A stretch of DNA of 64,000 nucleotides, taken from NCBI GenBank assembly GCA_040954595.2, contig CM082598.2:5905097-5969096 (forward strand). Direction: 5' to 3'. The translations under genes and the position numbers were made by a program. The DNA is from Balanoglossus misakiensis (lineage: Eukaryota > Animalia > Hemichordata). The notes under the pieces are model-generated. The model made no database searches, had not been told where the DNA came from, and saw only the letters and a program-made list of their open reading frames with translations. Positions 38,572-52,331 of this stretch are shown in pieces (position 1 is the first letter of the stretch; every line of letters begins with the position of its first letter).

Positions 38572-40932
38572 ATGGCTTCCCAGGAATATAAAGACCCACA
38601 GGTAAGTGACCTTTGAAATGAATTTACGCTGTCCGTCTCATCATGGACGCCCATATTCTATCAACAAGTGTTCCAGAATAATTATCTAGATTTGTCTGCT
38701 GAGATTATTCATGTTTCAGGTAGACTGAAACATTTGATGGACACAATTAACAAATTACCGGACAGAATGTGTCGCAGCAAAATTTAAGTTGTGAAAACTT
38801 GACAGATTTTCGATGAAATTCAATACTGCAGACGGCAACTTGTAGACACAGCAATATATGTGTGCTCACATTTGCATGTGGCCTCCAATTGCAAGTCAGC
38901 TCAAACCAGCCCTGTGCTTATTAATTATATGCGCGTATTTTACCCCTTAAATGTTTGTCCAAACGCGACTCATGTTCTACATGACATTAAATGACTGTCC
39001 AAACGAAACATCTGTGGAAAGGTGAACCAGTCAGTCAGTCAATAAATCCGTGAGTTCTGAGTGAGGTGTCTGTGTGGATCGAGAGACTGTGAGTGGGGCA
39101 CACAACTTGTAACAATGACATCATGGAAACTGTTTGTTGTTTGTGCTGGACGTACAAAGTTTTGACTAGTAATAAACTGCTTGTCATATTTTATTATCGC
39201 AATCCAAAGTTTTCAATATATGTCTGTATTACTGTATAGTCAATCATTCTCGAGTCTAATTGGCATCTCTACAATGGCTCACTCCACATAGATAGATACC
39301 AATTACCATATCAACAGACAATGGCCTTTCTGACCTGTGCGAGTTCATTCAAGGTGACACAAATGTTGATTGTAAGCGAACGGTTTTTCAGCCGCACTCA
39401 GTTTAATGTCATGCTAACCTATGGTCACTTTGTTTTTGTAGTAATGATAGAAAATTTATTCATGTCATTCTTGTTAGTGAAACAAATTGTTTATCGACCA
39501 CATTCTTGAACACCAAGTGTGTCTGAAATAAAGTTAGTGTGTTATTTCTCACATACCTACCACAGAAATTGCTAGAGAAAAACTACATAGGGAAAGTGTA
39601 TACAGAATGACAAAAGGAAAATATACGAATGTCAAAAGATTGTGAATTTCTACTCTCCCCTGGTGGTGATACACTCAGGCAAAATAGCGATCCATGCATG
39701 TTCCCAAAACTATCACAGAGAAGGGGACGCTTTCCAGTTATCATCACTGTCTTTGAAAATGATAAAAAATGGTACATCTTACAACAATGTTCAAATGAGA
39801 TTTGAAATACAGATGGGTGACTAAACCAGAGTTCTTTGTATTAGAAACAACGGTCTTGCTTTGTATTTGTATTATGGCATTATCTGTCCCAGTTTTTGTA
39901 AATTAGGAGCTAAGGGGGCTTTTGTCTGATTTTCTTCTATATTCAGTGTTTCATTCAGGATGGTATCAGCAGGGGGTACATGTCCCCTTTTGCCATAATA
40001 TTTGAGGGGGATTCCACTCTGGCAAAGGGGACTGTAATATCTTCAACATGTGAGTGACATCATTTAAAAGGGCACTGGTCCCCCTTTGACAATTAAATTG
40101 CTAGGGGGTACCAACATGTCAATAGAGGGTGAATCCCCCATGACCCCCCCCCCCCCTGTCTAGATGAAAAACTGATATTTCACAAATTGTCTTTTTTGTG
40201 GTTGAAAATTCCTGGAAATGATTCGCGTCTGGAAATTTCATGGAGAAGCAATGTCTATTTTCCCTAAGAGTGCCACCACTGGTTTTGTATTTCTGTTTTC
40301 CTGTTGCCCTTAGGAGATCTTGCTGTTTTGTCTTGGAGAAGAGTCATTGTGTTGTCTTTGTTTTCTCACACTATGATGTCATCATTTTGTATTCAAATTG
40401 ACGTACATGATCATGCTTTGTCTTCAGAATTTTTCATTAATGAAGATTTCAGTGTTTTCCTTTTATATTACTGCTGTTTATGATTGCATTTGTTGGGACC
40501 CGGAAATGGGCGAGTTTCCACCCTTGTCTCTCTTTGTGGCTTAGTGATATGTCCGGGGCCGTGGATCGAAAAAAATGCCAACACTGACCCTAACCTGTCG
40601 AATATACCCTAACCCTTACATGTCAACAAACCATATTTATTAATAAAAAAACATGTATTTGTTTATTATGCCAAAAATCATCATCATCAGCAACAACAAC
40701 AACAACAACAAACAAACAAACAAACAAACAAACAAACAAACAAAATCGCGGAGGGAGAGGTCAACTTGTCTTCAAAGGGCGGAAAATGTTCTGTTTATTT
40801 TGCGCGCTGCCGTTACACAAAGTCCTAAAAATATAGTGAGTACCCAGTTATTTAGCTTCAATAGTAATCCTTCAGCCACCAAGTCGTCATTTTTAGCTCA
40901 CGTGAAAATCACGTGAGCTTATAGTTTAGCGA

Positions 40933-40965
<33 letters not shown>

Positions 40966-43900
40966 CTGCCTGTATACCCGATATCTCAAGAACCGCTGAA
41001 CTGATTTCAACCAAATTTAGTACACAGGTTCAGATATCATATGGCAAGAACTGAAAAGGTTTTTGGTGGGTGTGGCTTTGATATTAATGAAGTTATTAAA
41101 GTTTTAATTTTTCTATTACATGGTTGTCTATGAGAGCTTTCGTTAATGCTGCATATATGACCAGTGGAAACGATAGTTTGAGGAGATCGACTGTTTGAGG
41201 GCGCTGTGAAATGAGACATTCCTGGCGATATTGCCGTGGTTCTGTCCATGCTCAGACGCTGTACCCGTCGTTACGAATAACTTCCCTACGTGAATCCACA
41301 AGGAAGCTAACGTTGTTTAGTTGCTTCATAGAGCGTAAATTGTTAATCTACAGGACCGTCAGACGAATACTCTTTTCAAATGAAGTTTGAAACTACTTAC
41401 GAGTAAGTTAGTGGAGACAATATGGCGGATAATTGGCGTGCTGCCGAATCCGCGTTATGACTATGACGTGACCCATTCATCAAGACAAACCGTAAATGAT
41501 TCACGCATATTGTGGTCCTCACGCAGTCAATCTCAAAATGTCACCAGGCTTTCTATTTTTCTATTGTTCAGAGAAAAATAACATGGCGGTTGATCAAACT
41601 CAACAGTAAAATCCGTTTTGTGTGTTTATAGACAGTCTGTTATCGCCAATAATATATAGCGATTGCTAGATGGCCTACCCAATATGTGATCGAGCGAGAA
41701 TGATAACATTGAATGTCTGTTCAGATCTCATTCCGTACGTCATACGTCAACATTTCGATTTCGATTTAATCCATTCATAAAGAATTTAGAGAAAGTCGTC
41801 TTGAATTGTGACCCCGACTATCAATTTTACGATGATTTTTTGGCGACGGAATACACAAGACGCCATTGCATAACTACGTCAGCTGGACTTCCAAGGTTAC
41901 CATTTTGTGTGTATGGAATCTTATCACAGAGACTACGTACTTTGACAATATGCCATGCTATATCAATGACGCCCCAGAACATTTGTCGAAAAATGAATTT
42001 GTTTTCTCATGGTGGTGCAATATATTTTAATGTCTATTTTGCGGTTGATTTTGATTTTTGGCTAACATGTATATCAAGGTCAGCTTATAGCATAAGTTGG
42101 TGTCCGTCGTCTATGTATGTCTGTATGTGTGCCTCATACAGAATTATGTATTTTGTGAATGGATCAGTTTCATCTAAATGTATTGATGTATGTATGTGTA
42201 TGTCCATCAACATCAAAAACTTGAAACTACTGATATTTAGTGTGTACATAGAAATTGTTATTGCGAAAAAATGCATACTGGTATTAACTGGAAAAATGTT
42301 CAAATAGTCAAAATTGAAAAACTTAATAACAGCGGATCAGATTCAGTTAAAAATTGGCGTGCATTGGTGTGCAAGTACTTTGGGAAGACCTCATATGATT
42401 TTGTTCAGGTGGAGTCAATATCTGGCGTTTGCTATTTTTTATGAATTTTTGGGGGAATTTTCTGCAGTTTTGTTAAAAAAAATTCTTCTCTGAAATTACA
42501 TGTCCAATTGATTGGAAATTTGGTATGGAGGTTCATAGGGCTTACCTGAATCACATTTGTGCAAACGGTGGTGAAATTTGCAAAAATGCATTTTTGGGCA
42601 ATATTTCCTGTTTTTGTCAAAAAATCAAATCTGAAACTGTAAGTGCAATTGTTTTGATACTTTGTATTTGGGTTTCTAGGGGTGATCTCAGTCAGATATG
42701 ATCAAATTGTAATGAAATTTGCATAATTGTATTTTTTGGGAATTTCTGCAGGGTTTGGCCAAATAGTCTTCAGTAAAACCACAAGTCCAATTGATTGGAA
42801 ACTTTGAATGGGAATTCATATATGTGATATCAGTCAGATTTGTCTGAATTTCCTGTTGTTTGCCAAAATGTCTTCCTTATTGAAACTTGTTAAAAAGGTT
42901 CTTAGGCATGAACAGAAATCAGATTTGTTGAAATCTGGTGAAATATTCATACTTTTTGGTATATTTCTTGCCATTTTTGATCAAAGAGTTTTAGAATTCC
43001 ATAGACTTATCTTTTTATGCAGTTCAGGATGGGGTACATGACTCATAACCCCTTACAAAAATTGACAAGGCAACAATTCCACAAACATGTTTACATTTCA
43101 AAATGGTGCAACACACAACCCTTACACCATATACACTATAAACCAAAATGGTTTAACACTGGTTTTTCTAATCTTGTTATTCTGTCAACCAATCACAGTA
43201 CTGCACGTGAGCATATTCAGTTAATATCTGGTTTGTATCTTATTTGGTTTTGGAGTAATTCCACATCGAAATCAGTCTGGAAACAGTCATGGGTAACTGG
43301 ACATGTTTCGTTGAGTCTAGCGTAAAAGTAGGTCAGTTTAATGTCATGCTAACCTTTAATCACTTTGTTTTTGTAGTAATGATAGAAAATTTATTCGTGT
43401 CATTCTTGTTAGTGAAACAAATTGTTTATCGACCACATTCTTGAACACCAATTGTGTCTGCAATAAAGTTAGTGTGTTATTTCTCACATACCTACCACAG
43501 AAATTGCTAGAGAAAAACTACATAGGGAAAGTGTATACAGAATGACAAAAGGAAAATATACGAATGTCAAAAGATTGTGAATTTCTACTCTCCCCTGGTG
43601 GTGATACACTCAGGCAAAATAGCGATCCATGCATGTTCCCAAAACTATCACAGAGAAGGGGACGCTTTCCAGTTATCATCACTGTCTTTGAAAATGATAA
43701 AAAATGGTACATCTTACAACAATGTTCAAATGAGATTTGAAATACAGATGGGTGACTAAACCAGAGTTCTTTGTATTAGAAACAATGGTCTTGCTTTGTA
43801 TTTGTATTATGGCATTATCTGTCCCAGTTTTTGTAAATTAGGAGCTAAGGGGGCTTTTGTCTGATTTTCTTCTATATTCAGTGTTTCATTCAGGATGGTA

Positions 43901-46900
43901 TCAGCAGGGGGTACATGTCCCCTTTTGCCATAATATTTGAGGGGGATTCCACTCTGGCAAAGGGGACTGTAATATCTTCAACATGTGAGTGACATCATTT
44001 AAAAGGGCACTGGTCCCCCTTTGACAATTAAATTGCTAGGGGGTACCAACATGTCAATAGAGGGTGAATCCCCCATGACCCCCCCCCCCCTGTCTAGATG
44101 AAAAACTGATATTTCACAAATTGTCTTTTTTGTAGTTGAAAATTCCTGGAAATGATTCGCGTCTGGAAATTTCATGGAGAAGCAATGTCTATTTTCCCTA
44201 AGAGTGCCACCACTGGTTTTGTATTTCTGTTTTCCTGTTGCCCTTAGGAGATCTTGCTGTTTTGTCTTGGAGAAGAGTAATTGTGTTGTCTTTGTATTCT
44301 CACAACATGATGTCATTTCAGTGTTTTCCTTTTATATTACTGCTGTTTATGATTGCATTTTGAAAATATTTTGATGAAAGAAATGTTGATTGTTGAATGT
44401 TACAGAATCTAATCAATGCCGCAGAGAAGGGTGATGTTGCAAAGATTCAGTCGCTGATAGCTGATGGATATGATGTCAATGCAAGGGGTACATACTTTGG
44501 CGTGGTAAGTGTTTTGTATTGACCAATGTTTAATACAGAGTCATCGCTCAAGCTAGCCTTTGATTTTTTATTTTCACATGCTGTGCATGCAAGAGCTTAA
44601 AGGGGCAAAGTCTCTCTCTCGATGCCCTTTTTTCCATTAATTATGTTTGATACAAGACACTGTTTATGTTAATGTACATGTGGATATATAGTGAATCAAC
44701 GTTCAACCACACAAAACTTCCTTCCCACTTGTATGATATGAGAGTAAAAACTCGCCCAAAATGAATAAATGGTAAAGAACGATTATTCATTTTGGTGAGT
44801 TTTTTCACTCTCCTGTCTATAAGAGGTATGGAAGTTATGTGTGATGGAACATTGATTCACTATATATCCACATGTAGAATAACAACCGGTGTCTTGTATC
44901 AAATATAATTAATGGAAAAAAGGGCAGCGAGAGAGAGACTTTGTCCCTTTAAAGGGACAAAGTCTCTCTCCAGCTGCCCCTTTTCCATTTATGTTTGATA
45001 CAAGACACTGGTTATGTTAATGTAAATGTGGATATATAGTGAATCAATGATCAACCACACACAACATCCATCCCGCTCGTATGATATGAGAGTAAAAACT
45101 CGCCCAAAATGAATAAATGGTAAAGAACGATTATTCATTCTGGCGAGTTTTTTCACTCTCCTGTCAATAAGAGGGATGGAAGTTGTGTGTGGTTGAACGT
45201 TCATTCACTATATATCCACATGTAGAATAACAAACGGTGTCATGTATCAAATATAATTAACGGAAAAAAGGGCAGCGAGAGAGAGAGCTTTGTCCCTTTA
45301 ATAAATTTGCATGAAACTGTATTTCAATTACGTACAACCAAATAACGATCGACAGCCTGGGTTTCCGGTAAGTAACAACTTTTGATAGAAATATCTTTTT
45401 AAATGACAAATTTTGTTGAAATAAAGTTGATTCTTGATGCAAACAAGATATTTCTTATGTCAATGCTTCCACAAAAGATAAACTTACCGACACTGGGATG
45501 TCCGCTGCAAACAGTCTGCACCATGTTGAATGCACCCTCAACCAATATTTTCTAGGTATTTTTAGGGGTTAACTACAGTGTTTCAAGTTCTCCGTGGCGG
45601 GAATTAATACTCATCTGGGGCATTTTTCAAGGTCTATCGCTATTTCATGTTTGCAAATACATCAATGCAGTTTGCCACACCGCTTTCTATAGCACCCCTG
45701 ATGCTGTTACTGTAATAGTACTAGCTGAACCACATTGAACAAAAGAAATACTGTAGACTGACACCATTTTCACACTGGGTGAGACTAGAAATATTTCAGA
45801 GACGCTGTATGTCATTTGTAAACACAGATGATGAATCTTTTGCACTGGTTTGTGTCCTCACACACACACACACACAAACACACAAAGTTAAAGCATAGAC
45901 CCTGGAACTAGATCGCCCCATAGACAATGTGTTGTGGAGAGATGTTAATCCTTTACACCACAGGTTTGGCCAGCAAAAATCGTCACAAATCTGAAATGTT
46001 CCAAGACCACTTTAACTGTTCTCATGTAATATTTATGCCAGCATTTGACCAGAGACGTTTCAGAAACATTTCAATAGTCTCTGTGTGAATGCCATATGAG
46101 TGACTGGCTTTTCACACAACAATAACACTGAATCAACTAAATATCTATGAACGCCCAAAATACCACACACTCCCAAAGTGATATCACAATATCACATTTA
46201 GATTGTCCAAAAACAGACCTACACTAGTCCACAAATATAAATAATCTCAATTCAGCGCGGACTGTTTCATTAACAGTTCCAGTTTTACCCGGTGTGAACA
46301 TGGTATCAGTCTACAGTTTTGTTCATTGTGGTTTAACCACATGCAGTAAATCCTGTCGAAATGGAACCTGTCTTATCTGGAAAACTGTCTATAATGAACA
46401 CATTTTCCTGTACCTTTGACAAAGAACCACGTGTTAAAAGAACCTTTACAAACCGGAAACGTCTGTAAACTGAACAATTTCTTCTGTCTCTTTGGTGTTC
46501 GGTTTAGACAGGTTTTACTGTACATGTATTTTGGTCATAGAGAATTGTCACTCAACCTCAGAAAAAATTACCATTATTATGATCATTCGCTTTCAAATCA
46601 ATCTCAGTCTATTACTGAAATAGCACACCATCTTAAATCAAAACCATTATTACAAGCTTTAAGAGTGACTGAAGCTCATTGTGATGAAATTCCTAGAGTT
46701 TTTTTATCAAAAGATCAAGCAGTTGACTCACATTTCAAGTATCAGATTGGTGATGTCATTTTTATTCCAACTTTAAACGTCTTCATTGCAGGATGGTTCC
46801 ACAGCATTGCACGCCGCATCCGGGGAAGGTGAATTGGATGCTGTCAGGGTGTTGATTAGCCATGGTGCAGAGGTCAATGCGAAGGATGAGGTACGTGAAC

Positions 46901-47846
46901 TGACCCATTACTTCATTTTGGATAACATGGCCACACTATTGAATAGGTAAAGAAATGCCTTTTGAAAAGACCTAATTACAACACTATATTATTTACATCC
47001 AAAATAACTTTGCATGATCAAAATTCAATGGGAAGGAACAATCTTACCCCTGAACAAGAAGAGGGAAAGGCCAAAAATTATTACCCATACTGATTTAGTT
47101 TTACTAACCATGATACCCTTGGGATCCAGCCATAGGAAGGACAGAAGGACACATTGTACTCTAAATTCAAAAATCTTTACAATTTGGCAAAAGAAGTTGA
47201 ACCATAGTGTATTTGACACAGTTTGTTCCGAATGAATAAAGATGTTCCAGAAAGTAAATTTTGATGGATTTTTTTGTGTTTCACCAAAGTTCACAAATTT
47301 TCATTTTTTTTCAAGCCATCTCTGAAATTTTGCTGGCAATCTTTTTTTTAAATCTTCCAGATCCCCTCCATCCCTAGCTAAGCTATGGAGTCTAAAACAT
47401 CCAATGTTAAAAACTATATGACCAGTCAAAGCGTTTTCCTCGCTGTTAGAATCAATTGAGATTCTTCACTGTCATTCTTTGATCTGTATTCACTTTAACA
47501 GTCGGCAATTTTGATTTTGTGTGTGGAAGGACTGTGGATTATCCTTTCAAATCAGTCAGTATGCCATTCTTGGTTGTTTTTTGCAATATGGCTGATACTT
47601 TTGATATTTTTTTATTTATTTGTAGGTTTGTTTGTTTACACCTCACATTTAAGTGTTTATTTGTTTGTTTTAAGAAACCTCACATTACATTTCGATGTTT
47701 GTGTCATTTTTCTCACGCTCCTCCTTCATTACTTACAGAAGGGAGACACCCCTTTGCATGATGCAGCAAGGAGTGGCGATGTCCCCGATGAAGGCACTGT
47801 CAGATTGTTATTGGACCACAAAGCTGATGTGACCATCCAAAACGAG
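38572..47846 (+). CDS. Ankyrin-repeat protein, 5' exons (3' end not identified)
   Basis: Phase-0 GT-AG exons: 38572-38601 (MASQEYKDPQ, tentative), 44406-44504 (NLINAAEKGDVAKIQSLIADGYDVNA), 46792-46890 (DGSTALHAASGEGELDAVRVLISHGAEVNAKDE) and 47739-47846 (KGDTPLHDAARSG..TVRLLLDHKADVTIQNE). Confidence 0.85.
39399..40491. repeat. ~1.1-kb direct duplication, copy 1
   Basis: Near-identical to 43334-44360; the ORFs at 39583/43518 and 39642/43577 are identical. Confidence 0.95.
40891..43234 (+). mobile_element. Helentron-associated (HINE/DINE-like) non-autonomous element(s)
   Basis: 5' TTTTAGCTCACGTG..CACGTGAGC hairpin, (GT)n microsatellite, a second head at ~42056, core repeats, and a 3' CACGTGAGCATATTCAG...CTGGTTT end. 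Confidence 0.65.
43334..44360. repeat. ~1.0-kb direct duplication, copy 2
   Basis: Matches 39399-40491 but lacks a ~65-bp stretch. Confidence 0.95.
44601..45297. mobile_element. Two tandem palindromic TTAA MITEs (Kolobok-like, AGGG ends)
   Basis: TTAA|44601-44948|TTAA|44953-45297|TTAA, with ends AGGG(G/A)CAAAGTCTCTCTC and GAGAGAGACTTTGTCCCT. Confidence 0.9.
45722..46339. mobile_element. Old TIR element
   Basis: Imperfect ~55-bp TIRs: TAGCTGAACCACATTGAACAAAA..CTGTAGACTGACACCAT and ATGGTATCAGTCTACAGTTTTGTTCATTGTGGTTTAACCA. Confidence 0.6.
46344..46520. mobile_element. Tc1/mariner (pogo-like) MITE
   Basis: CAGTAAATCCTGTC...GACAGGTTTTACTG|TA; the left flank is TG. Confidence 0.7.
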
Positions 47847-49058
47847 GTAAATACCAACCTGACTTCTGCAGGTTAATTCTAAAAGTATGAGCTTTCTCAA
47901 TAGTCCCAATTTCCACTGTAGTTTTCTTGGCAAATTGTGTCTGGGATACAATGTATGTATTTGCCATTGTCCTTTGAATCAAAACTACTCCCTCTATCAG
48001 CCAGGTGTTGTACAGGCAGGTGTTGACTGATGACGGTCGATGCCAATCCTATCACAGAGAGTATCAGATAGGGCGATTGTCTGTCGGCCTCCAGCATCTG
48101 GCAACTCCTGTCTGTCACCTAATACAATTCATCATAAGGAGGCGCCATATAATTTGTCACTGTCCTTTGAATCGAAACTACTCCCTCTATCGAGTCAGGT
48201 ATTGTACAGACACAGGCAAATATTGACTCATGATGATGATGTGATTGTCTCTCCTATCTCTGAAACATTTTATCTCCATTGTCAGCAATTTGGAGTTATG
48301 AGAAAGGGGGATTATCAGCATCTGCCAACAACTGTCTTGTCGAACATAAGGATGTTGTTGTTTTTTGCATTGTTTATCCTCAATCTTTTGTGTTTTAAAT
48401 AATGACATCATTTTTGGACACTGTGGCGCATTGATTTCTGTCTGTCCGTCTGTAGACAGATTTTGTTCCACTCATAACGTGAGAGAAATTGCATCCAATG
48501 ATATGAAATTTGATATGTAGCATTGTTATAATAAGATCTAGATCTGATTAGATTTTGGTGGGTGTGGCATATTAATGCTCATTTGCATATTTAATGATGT
48601 CTTGTGATTAGGCCATACCTCCAGAAATACTCAATCAAATTTAGTGGAACTTTGTTCATAATTTTTACATTACTCATTACCAACAATATGATGAAAGTTG
48701 AGTGGGTTTCACTTAATTAATTCTCATTTCCAAAATTAATGAATTAATGAAATTAGGCTATAGCTCAAAACTGTCTCAAGCAAATTTGGCGCTGTGCTAG
48801 AGGGACTTCATAATAATAAAGCAATCTTTAATTCATGAATATTTCTGTGAACACCATCATGAACACTGATATTTGTGTGATCGGTGCCATGTTTAACTAA
48901 TACATTTTGTTACATAGTCCCATCTAGCTGTGAGAATTATCTCAACTTTGAATCTGATACTCTCTCAGTCAGTCATGACAGCTTTTCCCCACACAGATTT
49001 AGATGTGGTGGGTATGGCCGATTTGCCTCATATTGGCCATACACACCAAGTCTATTAA

Positions 49059-49400
49059 AGGGAAAAAGTCTCTCTCTCTCTCGCTGCCCTTTTTCCATTA
49101 ATTATGTTTTATACAAGACACCATTCATGTTATTCTACATGTGGATATTAACGTTCAACCCCACACAATTTCCATCCCGTTTGTAAGATATGAGAGTAAA
49201 AAACTCGCAAAAATGAATAAATGGTAAACACTGATTATTCATTTTGGAGAGTTTTTCACTCTCCCGTCTGCAAGTGGGATGGAAGTTGTATGTGGTCAAA
49301 TGTTCATTCACTATATATCCACATGTAGAATAACATAAACGGTGTCTTGTATCAAACATATTTAATGGAAAAAGGGCAGTGAGAGAGAGACTTTTTCCCT
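49059..49400. mobile_element. Third copy of the AGGG-ended TTAA MITE
   Basis: TTAA|AGGGAAAAAGTCTCTCTC...GAGAGAGACTTTTTCCCT|TTAA. A 46-bp fragment also occurs at 54260-54305. Confidence 0.9.
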
Positions 49401-50571
49401 TTAATATGCATGAGTTTACTTTTTTTGTTTACATACACTGTAATAATGATTGGAAATCTTGAGAATGGCTATTACATCAAGTTGACAATCCCCGCACAAG
49501 TATGTCATGTATATTAACATAAAAAGTCTGGTATGTGGAGCCGCCTCCCTTTTTTACAGGAAGTACTTTCGAAATATTTGTATGCAATCAGTCCACACTC
49601 ATGATCAGTTTTGTGTCAGAATTATAGTCATAGCAACATTTCGAGAAAGACTTTACCAGAAGAACTTGTTTTCGTTGTGGCTCTGATTGGGGCCATTTTA
49701 AACTGGGGTTTGTTTGGCGACTTTCAGGACCGAAGGACGGAAGCGCAGCCATGGTCACATTACACATGCCATGCGGGGGACTTGGGGAGGGGGTGCTTGT
49801 TGACGGTGCCGAGAGGAGTCAGCCAGTTTGTGCTTGTACTTCAGACCGAATAGTGCAGTTCCGACCCAATTTACGTCTTATAAATTTTATAAAAATATAA
49901 TACATTGTATCATTAAGTTGTTCAGTCGCACAATTTTTTCATCATTCTGAGTAACACGGCGGCAGCGTTTGGATAGCTCTTTCTCTTGGAAATCGCTCAA
50001 GCTTAAAAAACATGAGGTTTGTGCAGCTCCACTCCTCAGCTTCTCATCACTGTCCGTCACTTACCCAATCATTTCAAAGGGGTGATCAAGATGGCCAGAA
50101 CAGCCAATTTTTGCAAACCAGATTCAAGAACCTGAGAAAAGGTGCTCAAAGCATGCCATAGATATATTGACGAGATAAACATTGGGAACAATAGGATTAA
50201 GGGAGGTGTGACTGGTCCAACCTGTTCAGTTTTTGTGTGGGGCACGGCTGGAATGGTTACACAAATGTTCTTGAAAGTTAGTGCTACTGTGGCTTTCAAT
50301 AGTATCTCTTATGACGAGTTTTGTTACTTTTGTTTTTTCTTGATAGGTCATGAAAAGAATGACTGCATTCAGCATTTCATTGCATTTAATTTCATTTGCC
50401 ACACATTCCCATTGGCCACATAGTTTCCACTCAATTCTTGCTTTGGTTATTAGACTTTCTTCAGATGGATTTATTTGTGAAATTCAAGTTTTTTATTTAA
50501 ACACTAATTATAAAGATAACTAGTGACATCACTGCACAACTCTACTTAATATTGTTGGATTTATCGCTTGT

Positions 50572-50992
50572 CACAGCTTGGCTACTTTGTGCTGAGAACA
50601 GTCTGATGCCCTCCTACAGGACATAAACATAGTTTGGTTATCACAGATGTTTGATCTGTTTCTACATAAATCTTCACATCTCCCAAATTTCTCTTTTATT
50701 TCCACTTTGATCGACATCGTCCAGTCTGCACAGCTTGGCTACTTTGTGCTGAGAACAGTCTGATGCCCTCCTACAGGAAATAAACATAGTTTGGTTAGCA
50801 CAGATGTTTGATCTGTTTCTACATAAATCTTCACATCTCCCAAATTTCTCTTTTATTTCCCCTTTGATCGACATCGTCCAGTCTGCACAGCTTGGCTACT
50901 TTGTGCTGAGAACAGTCTGATGCCCTCCAACAGGAAATAAACATAGTTTGGTTAGCACAGATGTTTGATCTGTTTCTACATAAATCTTCACA
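50572..50992. repeat. 157-bp tandem repeat x ~2.7
   Basis: CACAGCTTGGCTACTTTG starts at 50572, 50729 and 50886. Confidence 0.95.
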
Positions 50993-52083
50993 TTTCTTAA
51001 ATTTGTCGTCATATTGGAGATGACATGTGATTATTCCAAATTGGCCAATGTTTCTTCTGACAATTCTACTAAATGTCACTGTAGTTGTTGGCTAGATCTT
51101 CTTCTATATTGTGTAGGTTGCATAAATAAATTGGTCACATTCAGTAAATGTTCACTAACATTACATCACTGTCAGTTGTGATGTAATCATTCTTTGAAAG
51201 AAAATCATAAAAAAGTTAAGTTTAAAATTGGTTATGCGTAATGTTATTTGTTTTGCAAATTGTCAAATTTGATGTTGTTTGTCAATTACTGGGAGTAACT
51301 TTTCTTTCTGTATCAACTGGCAGATATTTTCACAGAATTTATTTAGCTCGATCGTTTAGGTACATGTATAAAACTGAATTACACATGTTTACAGTCGATA
51401 CAGTTTCTGTTCAAATGCTGTTATGAACCGCTTCTCACGGTATATGTGTTTATACGTGTCAGTCGCTCTTACTTCATAAATTAGAGGACACTCCGAATTG
51501 AATCATGAACACGAACAGGTATTTATTGCTTGCACACAAGGAGAACTACAACTACCAGAGAGAGTATCAGAACGAGGCTATATGTCCCATACTGCCATGC
51601 GTCTGGAATGTACCAAAGTCAATACAGGGGGATCAGAATACATCTGATACACTACATCCCTCCTTTTCTTGGAATAGCTCTTCAGGCTACTAATGTATCA
51701 ATGGAATGTCAAGTGTCCACGAAAATGCACAGTTTAAAGTTAACAAAAAATCAACAGCAAAATGTGAAACGAATGCATGTCCAACAATGCATAAACATGA
51801 AAACGTCCACAGTATGTATTTTCCTTATATTAGTGTTCCGCGCATATCTGAAAACAACAATAAACTACTGACAAATTTCAATGTCAATATTCAGGGTCAA
51901 AGCTAATAGCTAACAAGAAAATCTGAGTATTTTGATGGCAGTTGCCTGGACCTTTGAGGTCTGCCACTACTAGTCATAGGTGAATCTGTCAGAGTCTGTG
52001 GACTTTCCCGCCGATGATTTTCTGCAAAGACTGGTCACAGGGTGATATAGCAGGTCAGGTATGTAAGAGTACTTCAAAGTGCA

Positions 52084-52249
52084 TACTCCGAGTTCAAAGA
52101 CCGAGTCGGACTTCAAAGTCCGAGTACTCGGACTTGTACACTCCGAGTAGTGGCTGTACTCGGACTTGTACACTCCGAGTAGTGGCTGTACTCGGACTTG
52201 TATACACCGAGTTGCACTCGGTGCTCGGACTTGCGTACTCCGAGTTACA
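52084..52249 (+). repeat. Left TIR with reiterated CCGAGT/ACTCGG motifs
   Basis: Alternating-orientation CCGAG/CTCGG boxes, including a duplicated 32-bp unit CTCCGAGTAGTGGCTGTACTCGGACTTGTACA. Confidence 0.92.
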
Positions 52250-52331
52250 TACTGCCTATTAAAGACAACGGACAACGACAAGCCTGATTTTATTACTCAC
52301 GAAGTCATTTGCCTGCTTACTACCACGATCG

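Noticed and set aside
52084-52249. CRISPR-like array (also the 22-bp, 47-bp and 132-bp repeats elsewhere)
   Set aside because: No unique spacers, no cas genes, and a eukaryotic context; these are TIR subrepeats or tandem duplications.
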